64,000 bases of DNA from an uncultured Collinsella sp. (GCA_900545055.1 UQXP01000003.1:11335-75334), one strand, 5' to 3'. Shown: positions 1 through 9,975, counted from the stretch's first letter. The notes: generated from the letters alone by a model not told the origin. Numbers and translations are program-made.

Positions 1-52
1 AGCCCATGCCGCCCCTGAAGGACACCGAGTAGTAAAGGGCTTTCGCCCGCCG

Positions 53-1852
53 CTACAGTCGTTGACACACCACGGACACACGCTGACCGTCAAAGCCAAA
101 GCCCCAACGCATGCGCCCGACGGCGGGGCGCGGCACGCGGATATCATCGATGCCGTCGCGCTCTATGTCGAGCAGCGCCTGAACCGCCAACAGTTCCAGG
201 CCCAGGGCATCGACGCCAGGGTCGTACAACATGTTGATCGTAATGAGCGGTCGTTCATCGAGCATGCCGAACGTGTCAGCCACGTCAAACACCCGACCGG
301 TGGGAATCACCTGGATATCCCAGCGATCCGAGACGCCACTTCGCTTGGAGCTGGGATTGCAATAGCCGGGCAGTCCAAAGCAGAGCCCCTGAAGCGCCAG
401 ATGATAGGCTGTCGGCATATCTGATTGGCCCACATCGATGCCCAGATCGCCGATAGCACAGTTCAAAGCTTGCTTTACAGTGTCCTCGTCTCCTCGACAC
501 AGCCCGTCATGGAACGAGTCGATAACTCCAACGTCCTCAACGGCACACTCAAACCATTCCAGAATTACAAGACGGAGCGCCTGACGCACTTCGTTGTTAG
601 GCAGACGCAGGGAACGAAGGCACGCGCCGTCCTCCGAATGCCCCGTCATGTCCGTCGTAAGAAATCCAGACAGATACAGCGCTGTCCAGATATCTTCGGG
701 CTTGGCGACATCGGCCACCTCGGCATGCACATGCACTGGCGCCTCAATTAACCCATGCGGCTCAAGCAAATCGAACAATGCGGACAGGCGCATGAGATTC
801 CAGTCACCGACGCATGCGCTCAGACGGTCAGCGTAACCATACAGATCTGCCCGAACAGGCGCGACGCAACCGCGATGTGCGTAGTCCACCACGCGCTCCG
901 GGCTCGAGCAATAAAAACCACCAAACAGATAGCCCTCGAGCCACTCACGCGCGTCATCCAGACAGCCGTTGCGACCGACGCAATCCAACAGCACCTGGAC
1001 TTCGTCGTCCGAAAAACCGAACCATCGATCACACCAACTCGACAGTGGCGTCGCCGATCGATAGGAAACCCCACGCTGGGACAACGCAAGCTCGGCAGGA
1101 CCGGGGCGCTCGCCCATCAGACACGTCAATCGCAACGAGTCGCCGGCGTCGGCAATGGTGTCGAACAACATTCGGCTGAGCGACTCTAGGGAATCCACGC
1201 TACCGTCTTCCTTAGCGTCCAAACGCTTTGGACATACCGCGTCGTAGTCGTCTATCAGAAGAACAACCCGCTCATCGAAAGCTGTCTGAAGCAGTTTAAT
1301 AAGCACGCCAAGCGCCGCATCGATCTCCTTATCGCTGGCCACCCCACGCGTCGCCCTCTCGATAAGACGAATCTCACGTCTTGACAGATCAGGCGCGTCA
1401 AGCAGCGGCAGCAATCGGGCGCACTCGTGCGCGACAGCGCTGCGAATAGCCGCCGCAGCATCAGCGTCGCGCCTCGCAGCGGCAGTTGAAAAGTCGAGCG
1501 TGATGACCGGATAACACGCGTACTCATCACGATAGCGACCACCGTCCGCCTGCCAAATCTGGGTGCCGACGAACGGGCTTCGACCCGGCCGCCGGTGATC
1601 AGGTCGTTCCAAATAGCATTTGAGCATCGATAGATTCATGCTCTTGCCAAAACCCTTGGGCCGACAACAAATCGCAACAGGTGCTTCGCTGTCCAATATA
1701 TCGGCAATAAACATAGTCTTATCGACGAGTAAACACCGATTGATTGCATCGGAAAAGTCGTGTACATCAACCGGTAGAGCTGCGCTATCCGCATGATTGA
1801 GCAACCGTGCACCAAACGCATGAGTAAAACCACAATTCACCTGTTCAGACAC
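53..1852 (-). CDS. AAA-ATPase-like domain protein with degenerate C-terminal PD-(D/E)XK-like domain
   Basis: VDKT motif, Walker A-like RPKGFGKS, Walker B LLIDDYD, FGFS, 'LYLSGFLT', 'LPNNEVR' and C-terminal 'GFGFDGQRV' fit the AAA-ATPase_like/PDDEXK_9 family. GTG start at 1852 follows GAAGGAG. Confidence 0.8.
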   Translation of the reverse strand: MSEQVNCGFTHAFGARLLNHADSAALPVDVHDFSDAINRCLLVDKTMFIADILDSEAPVAICCRPKGFGKSMNLSMLKCYLERPDHRRPGRSPFVGTQIWQADGGRYRDEYACYPVITLDFSTAAARRDADAAAAIRSAVAHECARLLPLLDAPDLSRREIRLIERATRGVASDKEIDAALGVLIKLLQTAFDERVVLLIDDYDAVCPKRLDAKEDGSVDSLESLSRMLFDTIADAGDSLRLTCLMGERPGPAELALSQRGVSYRSATPLSSWCDRWFGFSDDEVQVLLDCVGRNGCLDDAREWLEGYLFGGFYCSSPERVVDYAHRGCVAPVRADLYGYADRLSACVGDWNLMRLSALFDLLEPHGLIEAPVHVHAEVADVAKPEDIWTALYLSGFLTTDMTGHSEDGACLRSLRLPNNEVRQALRLVILEWFECAVEDVGVIDSFHDGLCRGDEDTVKQALNCAIGDLGIDVGQSDMPTAYHLALQGLCFGLPGYCNPSSKRSGVSDRWDIQVIPTGRVFDVADTFGMLDERPLITINMLYDPGVDALGLELLAVQALLDIERDGIDDIRVPRPAVGRMRWGFGFDGQRVSVVCQRL

Positions 1853-2052
1853 TGTAAACTCTCCTTCTAACGCAGCACGATGCCCATTGTAGCGAGCGGG
1901 TAGAGCGCAACAATATCGACATGCAAACGTTTCGGGCAGCGGTAGCAACAGACCCCCGAGGGGGCATAACAAATCGTTGCACAACAAAACGGGGCCCGAT
2001 ACATTCGCACCGGACCCCGTCCCAACTCTTTAGTTATCTAGCAACCAAGAGG

Positions 2053-3870
2053 CTACTCCTCCGAGCCGTCCTCCCCAGAAGCTTTCTTCTGCTGATCGAG
2101 CTTATGCTTACCATTTACGATAGACGTAGCGCCCAGTGTGGCCAAGCTTGCACTGGCAAGGCTCGCCATAACGATAAGGTCGCCCGTCTTGGGCATGTTA
2201 CCGCCAGATGACTTGGTCGTTGTAGTCGTCGTGGTTGTAGTGGTCACCGTCTTGGAGTCATTTTGCTCTTGGACCTGGTTGTCGGTGTTGCCTTTACTGC
2301 TGTCCTCGCCCTGCTGCTTTCCGTCCTCGGTCTTGTCCTTGTTCTTGTCCTTCTCCTCAAATTCAGACTTCTTGTCCTCGTCCTTCTTCTGTTCGGACTT
2401 GTCGCCCTTCTCCTCAGAGCTAGAACCCTTATCGAATTCGGTCTTCTCGGAAGCCTTGTCCTTGGAGTCGCCTTTTGCGGCTTCGGTCTTTTCCGTGGAA
2501 ACCTGATCAGAGTTGTCCTTGTTCTGGGTCGAGCCGTTATTGACGCCAGCCATCAGCGAAGAGCCCAGCGTAGAACCAAGCTGCATGGAGAAAGAAGGCT
2601 TCTTGTCCGGCGAAGCAACGGAAGCGTCCGGCGCCTTATTCGAGTCGTCCTTGGAAGCATCGGAATCAGGGGTTGCTTCAGAGCCGGAACCATTGTTAGA
2701 GCCGGTGTCAACGGACGAATCGCTCGAGCCGGCGGATGAGTTAGAGGTGCCAGCGCCGGTCGAACCAGAAGCGTCGCTGTCCGTATTGCCGGCAGAGCTT
2801 GAAGGCGAATCGCCCGCAGTAGAGCCGTTCGAATCGGAGCCGTTCGAGGTAGAGCCGTCGTTGGTAGTGCCACCAGCAGAGCCATTACCGTCAGCATCGG
2901 TCGAGGGCGCATCCATCCTGTCATCGCTGGCATCGTCACTCGAGTCGTCATTCGAATCAGGTGTCGGCGAGGGCGCCGGCGCAGGCTCGGGCTGCACGGG
3001 CGTCGCAGCGGCCGCCTCGTCCTCGGCGATATAAACCAAGCAGTCCTTCAGCTCATTCTTATAACGATTCTTCCAGCCCTCATGATACTGGGGCTGGCTC
3101 GAATACTTGGTCGCCACGTTATTGACCACGCTGTTGGAAAGCGCCGTCACAAACTCGCGGTCGGACATATCGTTGGAAAGATTCGCCCAACGGAAAAAGT
3201 CCCTGCAGCCACCGGTGCCGCACATGTTGGTGATGCTCCACACCATGCCCTTGACGCAATCGGCGCGGCCCGAAATATCAATACCCAGGCCGCTCTTGAG
3301 CCACGCCTCGGTCACCGCATAGTACGAGTTGTACGCATACGCATCCTGCAGGGCCGAAAACTCAGCAGGGTCGATGTTATAAGCGCCCTGGAAAGCCTCC
3401 TGCGCAATACGGCCCAACTCGGTGGGCTGGCCGTTCTCGTACATGGCATTGCTCGTGTTGGAAATCTCGCTGCCGCGATCAATCGCATCCTTGAGCATGC
3501 TGTATTTTTCGGGGTTGTAGTTGTAGGCCTGCTTCATAAACGGAATGAGCGACCAACGACGGTCGAACTGGTAATAACCCAGCGCGTTGTAGCCGTCACC
3601 ATACGAAAAGCCCTGGTTATAGTTGCCATGGCTCTCATATTTGGTGAAGTACTTCATCTCGGGAGTCACGTTGACAAACGAAACGCCCTGGACCGACCTC
3701 AGCACGCCTGAGAAGGACTGCTGGGTGTAGAGACCCTTATCGATATCGGTGGCATCCGAGGCAACGCCCGGCGTGGGCTCCTCGGCAGCGGCGGGTGCCG
3801 GCGCGGAAACGGCGCCAAACGAAAGCGCCAACGTCAGGCCCGCGACAATAGCAGAATGCTTGGGCTGCAT
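2053..3870 (-). CDS. Sortase-anchored surface protein with N-terminal lysozyme-like (VgrG3-C-like) peptidoglycan hydrolase domain
   Basis: Signal peptide; 'KYESHGNY...ALGYYQF...GIDISGR...VWS' catalytic-like region; long S/D/G/K-rich linker and poly-Thr; MPKTG motif followed by a hydrophobic segment and basic tail; SD GGAGG. Confidence 0.7.
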   Translation of the reverse strand: MQPKHSAIVAGLTLALSFGAVSAPAPAAAEEPTPGVASDATDIDKGLYTQQSFSGVLRSVQGVSFVNVTPEMKYFTKYESHGNYNQGFSYGDGYNALGYYQFDRRWSLIPFMKQAYNYNPEKYSMLKDAIDRGSEISNTSNAMYENGQPTELGRIAQEAFQGAYNIDPAEFSALQDAYAYNSYYAVTEAWLKSGLGIDISGRADCVKGMVWSITNMCGTGGCRDFFRWANLSNDMSDREFVTALSNSVVNNVATKYSSQPQYHEGWKNRYKNELKDCLVYIAEDEAAAATPVQPEPAPAPSPTPDSNDDSSDDASDDRMDAPSTDADGNGSAGGTTNDGSTSNGSDSNGSTAGDSPSSSAGNTDSDASGSTGAGTSNSSAGSSDSSVDTGSNNGSGSEATPDSDASKDDSNKAPDASVASPDKKPSFSMQLGSTLGSSLMAGVNNGSTQNKDNSDQVSTEKTEAAKGDSKDKASEKTEFDKGSSSEEKGDKSEQKKDEDKKSEFEEKDKNKDKTEDGKQQGEDSSKGNTDNQVQEQNDSKTVTTTTTTTTTTKSSGGNMPKTGDLIVMASLASASLATLGATSIVNGKHKLDQQKKASGEDGSEE

Positions 3871-4009
3871 AAGATCCTCCCTGCATTGGTGTAGTTAAAG
3901 TGCAGTTTGCAAAGATAGAAATAAGTATTGCAGCTCGCCCGTTGTTGCACAACAACCCCTCGGTAAACGGCAACAACCCTCCGCGAAATCTTAAGGAATT
4001 GCGCTCAAC

Positions 4010-4441
4010 CTACAGTTTGATGTCAAAGTTGATTTCGGGGACGGCGGCCAGGTCGGCCAACGTCACGCCGTCGACGTACTTTTCGATCACGTCGTCCAAA
4101 CCGCGCCAGAACTTGACGGTCGAGCACAAATCGCTGCGGGTGCAGCTGTTGTCGATGCCATCGCACGCCACCGGAGCCGTGCTGCCCTCGACGGCACGCA
4201 GGATGTCGCCGGCGCGCACCTCGGCCGGGTCCTTCGCCATCATGTAGCCGCCGCCCTTACCGCGCACGCTCCTAAGCAGGCCCGCCTTCATGAGCGGACG
4301 AACCAGCTGCTCCAAATACTTTTGTGAAATATGCTCGCGGTCAGCGACCTCGCGAAGGGCAATCTTGCCCTCGGCGTCACCAAGCGCTGCGATATAGATC
4401 ATCAGACGGAGGGCATAGCGGCCCTTAGAAGAAATGAGCAT
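4010..4441 (-). CDS. Rrf2-family transcriptional regulator (IscR/CymR-like)
   Basis: 'SSKGRYALR', 'ISQKYLEQL', 'SVRGKGGGY' and three Cys (C-x6-C-x5-C) as Fe-S ligands; divergent from the suf operon. Confidence 0.92.
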   Translation of the reverse strand: MLISSKGRYALRLMIYIAALGDAEGKIALREVADREHISQKYLEQLVRPLMKAGLLRSVRGKGGGYMMAKDPAEVRAGDILRAVEGSTAPVACDGIDNSCTRSDLCSTVKFWRGLDDVIEKYVDGVTLADLAAVPEINFDIKL

Positions 4442-4462
4442 ACCTACCCTCTCATCGTAGCC

Positions 4463-4534
4463 GAGACAAAATACCAGGCTTGTTTGTCCCAAATCTTATG
4501 CACGCGGGGCAAACAAGCCTGATTATTATGTCCC
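4463..4534. repeat. Inverted doublet of ~29-bp GGGACA...TTTGTCCC hairpin units (family D)
   Basis: 4463-4490 GAGACAAAATACCAGGCTTGTTTGTCCC and 4506-4534 GGGGCAAACAAGCCTGATTATTATGTCCC are near reverse complements; a related copy lies at 9891-9920. Confidence 0.7.
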
Positions 4535-4542
4535 ACATCTAA

Positions 4543-4624
4543 AAAGTCGAGTGGATTAGTCGGGTTTTCCCTTGACTAACGCCGAACCCATAGTAACTTT
4601 ATTCCGAGAAGATTCCTAGGGTTT
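4543..4624. promoter_or_regulatory. Two putative Rrf2/IscR-type operators flanking the suf promoter
   Basis: 4543-4567 AAAGTCGAGTGGATTAGTCGGGTTT and 4600-4624 TATTCCGAGAAGATTCCTAGGGTTT share CGAG..GATT..T.GGGTTT. A TTGACT (4572) / TAACTT (4594) promoter candidate lies between them. Confidence 0.55.
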
Positions 4625-4663
4625 AGTACACCTATGAGTACACCATATACAGAGAGGGACAGC

Positions 4664-5464
4664 ATGAGCGCAAATCCGCTGCTTTCCATCGAAGGTCTGA
4701 CCGCCTCCGTGGACGAGAAGACCATCCTCCACAACGTCAACCTCAACGTCGCCGCCGGCGAGACCCACGTTCTGATGGGACCCAACGGTGCCGGCAAGTC
4801 CACCCTCGGCCACCTGGTCATGGGCGACCCCGTTTACACGGTCAACGACGGCCGCATCGTCTTTGACGGCCAGGACATCACTGAACTCACCACCGACAAG
4901 CGCTCGCGCGCCGGCCTGTTCCTGAGCTTCCAGGCCCCGGTCGAGATTCCGGGCGTGCCGCTGTCGAGCTTTTTGCGCGCCAGCATCGCCGGCCGCCCCG
5001 GCCTGGAGATGAAGGGCAAGGAGTTCCGCCGTCGCGTCAAGGAGCTCGCGGCAGAGCTCAACATGGATACCGCCTACCTCAACCGCGAGCTGGGCGTGGG
5101 CTTCTCGGGCGGCGAGAAGAAGAAGGTCGAGATGCTCCAGCTCCTGTTGCTGCAGCCCAAGCTCGCCATCCTCGACGAGACCGACTCGGGCCTAGACGTC
5201 GACGCCCTGTCCACCGTCAGCCACGGCATGGACGCCTACCGCAAGAGCTGCGACGGCTCCATGCTCATCATCACACACAACACGCGCATCTTGGAGCACC
5301 TGGATGTCGACCGCGTCCACGTTATGGTCAAGGGCCACATCGTGCGCGAGGACGACGCCTCGCTCATCCCCTGGATCGACAAGAACGGTTTTGAGACCTT
5401 CGAGCGCGAGGCCGCCGAGCAGCGCGCCCAGGCCGAGGCCGCCGCTGCCGAGCAGCAGGCGTAA
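4664..5464 (+). CDS. sufC: Fe-S cluster assembly ATPase SufC
   Basis: GPNGAGKST, FSGGEKKK and LDETDSGLD motifs; first gene of the operon. Confidence 0.96.
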   Translation: MSANPLLSIEGLTASVDEKTILHNVNLNVAAGETHVLMGPNGAGKSTLGHLVMGDPVYTVNDGRIVFDGQDITELTTDKRSRAGLFLSFQAPVEIPGVPLSSFLRASIAGRPGLEMKGKEFRRRVKELAAELNMDTAYLNRELGVGFSGGEKKKVEMLQLLLLQPKLAILDETDSGLDVDALSTVSHGMDAYRKSCDGSMLIITHNTRILEHLDVDRVHVMVKGHIVREDDASLIPWIDKNGFETFEREAAEQRAQAEAAAAEQQA

Positions 5465-5476
5465 AGGGGCGACGCA

Positions 5477-6889
5477 ATGACCAAGAACCGCACCGAGGTC
5501 GCGGACATCGACCGCAGCCTCTACGACTTCACCTATGGCGAGGAGGGATTCGAGCGCCTCGACGCCGGCATCACGCCCGACATCGTGCGCGAGATCAGCG
5601 CCAAAAAGGACGAGCCGCAGTGGATGCTCGACCTGCGCTTAAAGTCCCTCGAAATCTTCAACCGCTTCCCGGATCCGACGTGGGGCCCCTCCATCGAGGG
5701 CCTGGACATGGACAACATCGTCACCTACGTCAAGCCCAACACCGACCAAAAGCACGACTGGCAGTCGGTGCCCGACGACATCAAGAACACCTTTGAGCGC
5801 CTAGGCATCCCCGAGGCCGAGCGTAGCTACCTGGCGGGTGTCGGCGCGCAGTACGACTCCGAGCTCGTCTACCACAACATGCAGGACACCGCGTCCAAGA
5901 TGGGCATCGTCTACTCCGGTATTGAGGAAGCCCTGCACGATCCGCAGTGGGAACCGCTCATCCACGAGAAGTTTATGACACTCATCCCGCCCACCGACCA
6001 CAAGTTTGCGGCCCTGCACGGCGCCGTATGGTCCGGCGGCTCGTTTGTCTACGTGCCCAAGGGCACCAAGCTCGATTTCCCGCTGCAGAGCTACTTCCGC
6101 CTCAACGCCAAGGGTGCCGGCCAGTTTGAGCACACGCTCATCATCGTCGAGGACGATGCCGACCTGCACTTTATCGAGGGTTGCTCCGCGCCCAAGTACA
6201 ACGTTGCCAACCTCCACGCCGGCGCTGTGGAGCTCTTTGTGGGCAAACGCGCACACCTGCGCTACTCGACCATCGAGAACTGGTCCAAGAACATGTACAA
6301 CCTCAACACCAAGCGCGCGCGCGTGGACGAGGACGGCGACATCGAGTGGATCAGCGGCTCCTTCGGCAGCCACGTGGGCTACCTCTACCCCATGAGCGTG
6401 CTCAACGGCCGCCGCGCCCGCTCGAGCTTTACCGGCATCACCTTTGCCGGCGCCGGCCAGAACCTCGACACCGGCTGCAAGGTCGTGCTCAACGCGCCCG
6501 AGACCTCGGCAACCGTCGAGACCAAGGGCATCTCCAAGAGTGGCGGCATTCAGACCTTCCGCAGCTCTATTGTGGCGACACCCAAGGCCGAGGGCTCCAA
6601 GGCAACCGTGAGCTGCCAGTCGCTGATGCTCGACGACCAGAGCCGCTCCGACACTATTCCGGCCATGGACATCCGCGCCAAGAATGTCGACATCGGCCAC
6701 GAGGCTACCATCGGCCGCATCGGCGACGACAAGGTGTTCTACCTGATGAGCCGCGGCATCTCGGAGGAAGAGGCCCGCACCATGATCGTCAACGGCTTTG
6801 CCAACCCGGTCTCCAAGGAGCTGCCGCTGGAGTACGCCGTCGAGATGAACAACCTGATCAAGCTCGAGATGGAAGGAGCGATCGGATAA
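5477..6889 (+). CDS. sufB: Fe-S cluster assembly protein SufB
   Basis: GAQYDSE, WSGGSFVYVPKG, GQFEHTLII, HEATIG and ELPLEYAVEMN motifs. Confidence 0.97.
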   Translation: MTKNRTEVADIDRSLYDFTYGEEGFERLDAGITPDIVREISAKKDEPQWMLDLRLKSLEIFNRFPDPTWGPSIEGLDMDNIVTYVKPNTDQKHDWQSVPDDIKNTFERLGIPEAERSYLAGVGAQYDSELVYHNMQDTASKMGIVYSGIEEALHDPQWEPLIHEKFMTLIPPTDHKFAALHGAVWSGGSFVYVPKGTKLDFPLQSYFRLNAKGAGQFEHTLIIVEDDADLHFIEGCSAPKYNVANLHAGAVELFVGKRAHLRYSTIENWSKNMYNLNTKRARVDEDGDIEWISGSFGSHVGYLYPMSVLNGRRARSSFTGITFAGAGQNLDTGCKVVLNAPETSATVETKGISKSGGIQTFRSSIVATPKAEGSKATVSCQSLMLDDQSRSDTIPAMDIRAKNVDIGHEATIGRIGDDKVFYLMSRGISEEEARTMIVNGFANPVSKELPLEYAVEMNNLIKLEMEGAIG

Positions 6890-8160
6890 TGAAACAGGAA
6901 ACCAACACCGTTGCTACCACACTCGAGCAGGTCAACGCGATGCCGGCCGCCACTTGGGGTTGGCTCAAGATGAACCAGACCAAGCTTGAGCTTTCGGACG
7001 AGCTTGCCGTCGCTCCTGCCGAGGCCGTTGAGGTCGAGGGCTTGGACGAGCAGTTTACCGGCGCGGCAGACGCGTTTGAAGCCGCCGTGGACGCTATGGC
7101 CGAGCGCTTCCCCGAGCGCCGCGCCTCCGCCCCCGGCGATGCCGCCGACCGCGCCCGTATCACGCCCGAGACCGAGCTCGACGTGCCTGCGACCTCCGTC
7201 TACCAGGCCGGGGCTATCAAACTGGAGGAGGAGCTCTCCCCCGCTGAGGCCTTCGAAACCGGCATGGGCGAGGCTGCCTACGCCTACATGGCCGATCACG
7301 CTACCAAGCGCATCGTCGTCGATGTGCCCGCATACAAGCACGCCACAGTTACTGTGCGCGTGAGCGGTGTCGATGCAGCCGCGGCCATCGCCGCCATCGA
7401 CGTCGTTGCCCGTCCTCAGTCGACGCTCGATCTGCTTATTGCCCTAGACTCCCCCGTTACCGGCGAGGGTGTCGTGGGCTCCGTGCTACGCGTGTGTGCC
7501 CACGAGTACGCCACCGTCAACGTGGCCTGCACGCAGACGCTCGACGATAGCTGGATCGCACTCGACGACACCGGCCTGTTCCTGGACGAGGGCGCGCGCG
7601 TCAACGTGCAACACACCGTCCTGGGTGCCGGCGCCAGCGCCACCGGCCTTGCCGGCGACCTGCTGGGCGATACCGCCAAGGTCACCATCGATACTGACTA
7701 CCTTGGCGCCCGCGAGCAGGTGCGCGACTTTAACTACGAGCTGCGCCACCGCGGTCGCAAGACCGAGTGCGAGATCGACGCCAACGGCGTGCTGACCGGC
7801 ACGTCCAAGAAGGTCTACCGTGGCACCATCGACCTCGTGCACGGCTGCAAGGGTGCAACCGGCACCGAGCGCGAGACGGTGCTTTTGGCCAACAAGGGCG
7901 TCGACAACAAGACCGTTCCCGTCATTCTCTGCGACGAGGACGACGTCGCCGGCAACCACGGCGCCACCATCGGTCACGTCCGCGACGAGCAGCTGTTCTA
8001 CCTCGCCTGCCGCGGCCTTGACCAAAACGCCGCCGAGGACCTGTTCATCCGCGCCAAGCTGGAAGACGCCGCGATTTCCGCCACCGATGAGCGCACCCGC
8101 GCCGCCGTTGTCCGCCTGGGCAACAACCTGATCGATAACTTTGAGGAGGAGCTCGCATGA
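6889..8160 (+). CDS. sufD: Fe-S cluster assembly protein SufD
   Basis: ATG overlaps the sufB stop (TAATG); C-terminal 'PVILCDEDDVAGNHGATIG..QLFYLACRGL'. Confidence 0.9.
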   Translation: MKQETNTVATTLEQVNAMPAATWGWLKMNQTKLELSDELAVAPAEAVEVEGLDEQFTGAADAFEAAVDAMAERFPERRASAPGDAADRARITPETELDVPATSVYQAGAIKLEEELSPAEAFETGMGEAAYAYMADHATKRIVVDVPAYKHATVTVRVSGVDAAAAIAAIDVVARPQSTLDLLIALDSPVTGEGVVGSVLRVCAHEYATVNVACTQTLDDSWIALDDTGLFLDEGARVNVQHTVLGAGASATGLAGDLLGDTAKVTIDTDYLGAREQVRDFNYELRHRGRKTECEIDANGVLTGTSKKVYRGTIDLVHGCKGATGTERETVLLANKGVDNKTVPVILCDEDDVAGNHGATIGHVRDEQLFYLACRGLDQNAAEDLFIRAKLEDAAISATDERTRAAVVRLGNNLIDNFEEELA

Positions 8161-9482
8161 TCGACACCGAACACGTTAAATGCGACACCTGTACCGCACC
8201 GGAGCCTATGGAGCTCGACGCCAGCGACGAGGCCTCGCGCGGCTGGCCTACCGTCGACATCGAGACCAATCCCTACAAGGCGCAGTTCCCGCTGTTCCAG
8301 CAGCACCCCGAGATCGCCTTCCTCGATAGCGCCGCCACCGCGCAACGCCCTGCCTGTGTGCTCGACGCCGAGCGCGACTTCTATCAGCGCATGAACGCCA
8401 ACCCCCTGCGCGGCCTGTACTCGCTGTCCGTCGAGGCCACCGAGGCCATCGCGAAGGTCCGCCAGCAAATCGCCGACGTCATCGGCGCCTCACAGGCCAA
8501 CGAGATCGTCTTCACCCGCAACACGAGCGAGTCGCTCAACCTGGTCGCCAAGAGCTTTGCACCCACGGTACTCGAGCCCGGTGACGAGGTCGTCATCACC
8601 ATCATGGAGCACCACTCCAACCTGATTCCGTGGCAGCAGGTCTGCCGCGAGACCGGCGCCAAGCTCGTCTACCTCTACCCCACCAAGACCGGCCAGCTCA
8701 CCACCGAGGAGGTTCTTGCCAAAGTTGGTCCCAAGACCAAGATCCTGGCCGTTGGACAGGTCTCCAACGTGCTGGGCGTCGAGAACCCGGTCAAGAACCT
8801 CGGCAAGCTCGTGCACAAGTACGGCGGCTACCTGGTCGTCGACGGCGCGCAGTCGCTGCCGCACATGCCGGTCGATGTGGCCGACCTGGGCGCCGACTTC
8901 TTTGCCTTTAGCGCACACAAGGCCATGGGTCCCATGGGCATTGGCGTGCTGTGGGGCAAAATGGACCTGCTCAACGCCATGCCACCCATGCTCACCGGTG
9001 GCGAGATGATCGATTCGGTCACCGAGCAGGACGCCGTCTGGGCGCCCGTCCCCGAGAAGTTCGAGGCCGGCACGCAGGACGCCGCCGGCATCTTCGCCAC
9101 GGGCGCCGCCCTTGATTACCTGGTCAACACGGTGGGTTACGAGAACATCCAGACCCGCGAGCAGGCACTCGTCCACTATCTGATGGGCGAACTCATGCAG
9201 CTCGACTTTGTCCAAATCATCGGTTCCATCTACTGGGACAACCACCACGGCGTTGTGAGCTTTAACGTCAAGGGAATTCACCCGCACGACGTCGCGAGCA
9301 TCATGGACATGGACGGCGTCTGCATCCGCGCCGGCCACCACTGCGCTCAGCCGCTGCTCACCTGGCTGGGCGTCGAGAACCTTGCCTGCTGCCGCGCCAG
9401 CGTGGCCTTCTACAACGACAAGGCCGACATCGACAAGTTCATCGCCGGCCTGCATCACGTTTGGAGCACGTTCAATGGGTAA
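8157..9482 (+). CDS. sufS: Cysteine desulfurase SufS
   Basis: LDSAATAQRP, EHHSNLIPWQ, PLP site FSAHKAMGP and catalytic RAGHHCAQP. Confidence 0.96.
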   Translation: MIDTEHVKCDTCTAPEPMELDASDEASRGWPTVDIETNPYKAQFPLFQQHPEIAFLDSAATAQRPACVLDAERDFYQRMNANPLRGLYSLSVEATEAIAKVRQQIADVIGASQANEIVFTRNTSESLNLVAKSFAPTVLEPGDEVVITIMEHHSNLIPWQQVCRETGAKLVYLYPTKTGQLTTEEVLAKVGPKTKILAVGQVSNVLGVENPVKNLGKLVHKYGGYLVVDGAQSLPHMPVDVADLGADFFAFSAHKAMGPMGIGVLWGKMDLLNAMPPMLTGGEMIDSVTEQDAVWAPVPEKFEAGTQDAAGIFATGAALDYLVNTVGYENIQTREQALVHYLMGELMQLDFVQIIGSIYWDNHHGVVSFNVKGIHPHDVASIMDMDGVCIRAGHHCAQPLLTWLGVENLACCRASVAFYNDKADIDKFIAGLHHVWSTFNG

Positions 9483-9903
9483 TCTGTACACCTCCACCAC
9501 GTTTATGGAGCACAACTCGCACCCCGACTATAAGTACGAGATGGATGCCCCCACGCATGAGCACGACGGCATCAACCCCAGCTGTGGCGACGAGCTCACC
9601 TTGCAGCTGCGTGTCGAGAAGGGCGTGATCGAGGAGGCCTCGTTTACCGGGCACGGCTGCGCCATCAGCCAGGCCAGCGCCGACATCATGGCCGACCTCA
9701 TCACCGGCGAGACCGTCGAGGAAGCTCACCGCTTGGCAGAGCTCTTCCTCGCCATGATCCGCGGCGAGAAGCTCTCCGAGGACGACCTGGAAGACCTGGA
9801 CGAAGCCGCCCAGCTCCAGGACATCTCGCACATGCCCGCCCGCGTCAAATGCGCCGAGCTCGCCTGGCGCACCCTCGACGGCATGCTCACGGGACAAAAA
9901 TAA
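9475..9903 (+). CDS. sufU: SUF system NifU-family protein SufU
   Basis: NPSCGD, GCAISQAS and RVKCA motifs; overlaps the sufS stop. Confidence 0.95.
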   Translation: MGNLYTSTTFMEHNSHPDYKYEMDAPTHEHDGINPSCGDELTLQLRVEKGVIEEASFTGHGCAISQASADIMADLITGETVEEAHRLAELFLAMIRGEKLSEDDLEDLDEAAQLQDISHMPARVKCAELAWRTLDGMLTGQK

Positions 9904-9928
9904 TCAGTAATATTTGTCCCAAATCTTA
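9891..9928. repeat. Family D GGGAC hairpin between sufU and the RAYT gene
   Basis: GGGACAAAAATAATCAGTAATATTTGTCCC-AAATCTTA; shares TTTGTCCCAAATCTTA with 4483-4498. Confidence 0.65.
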
Positions 9929-9975
9929 AGAATTTTGTTGGCCGAATCGCTTGACAAGAGTGGTTCGGCCATTTT

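Noticed and set aside
6181..6888. N-terminal extension of the 659-aa ORF
   Set aside because: Overlaps sufB in another frame; the real sufD start is the coupled ATG at 6889 with SD GGAAGGAG.
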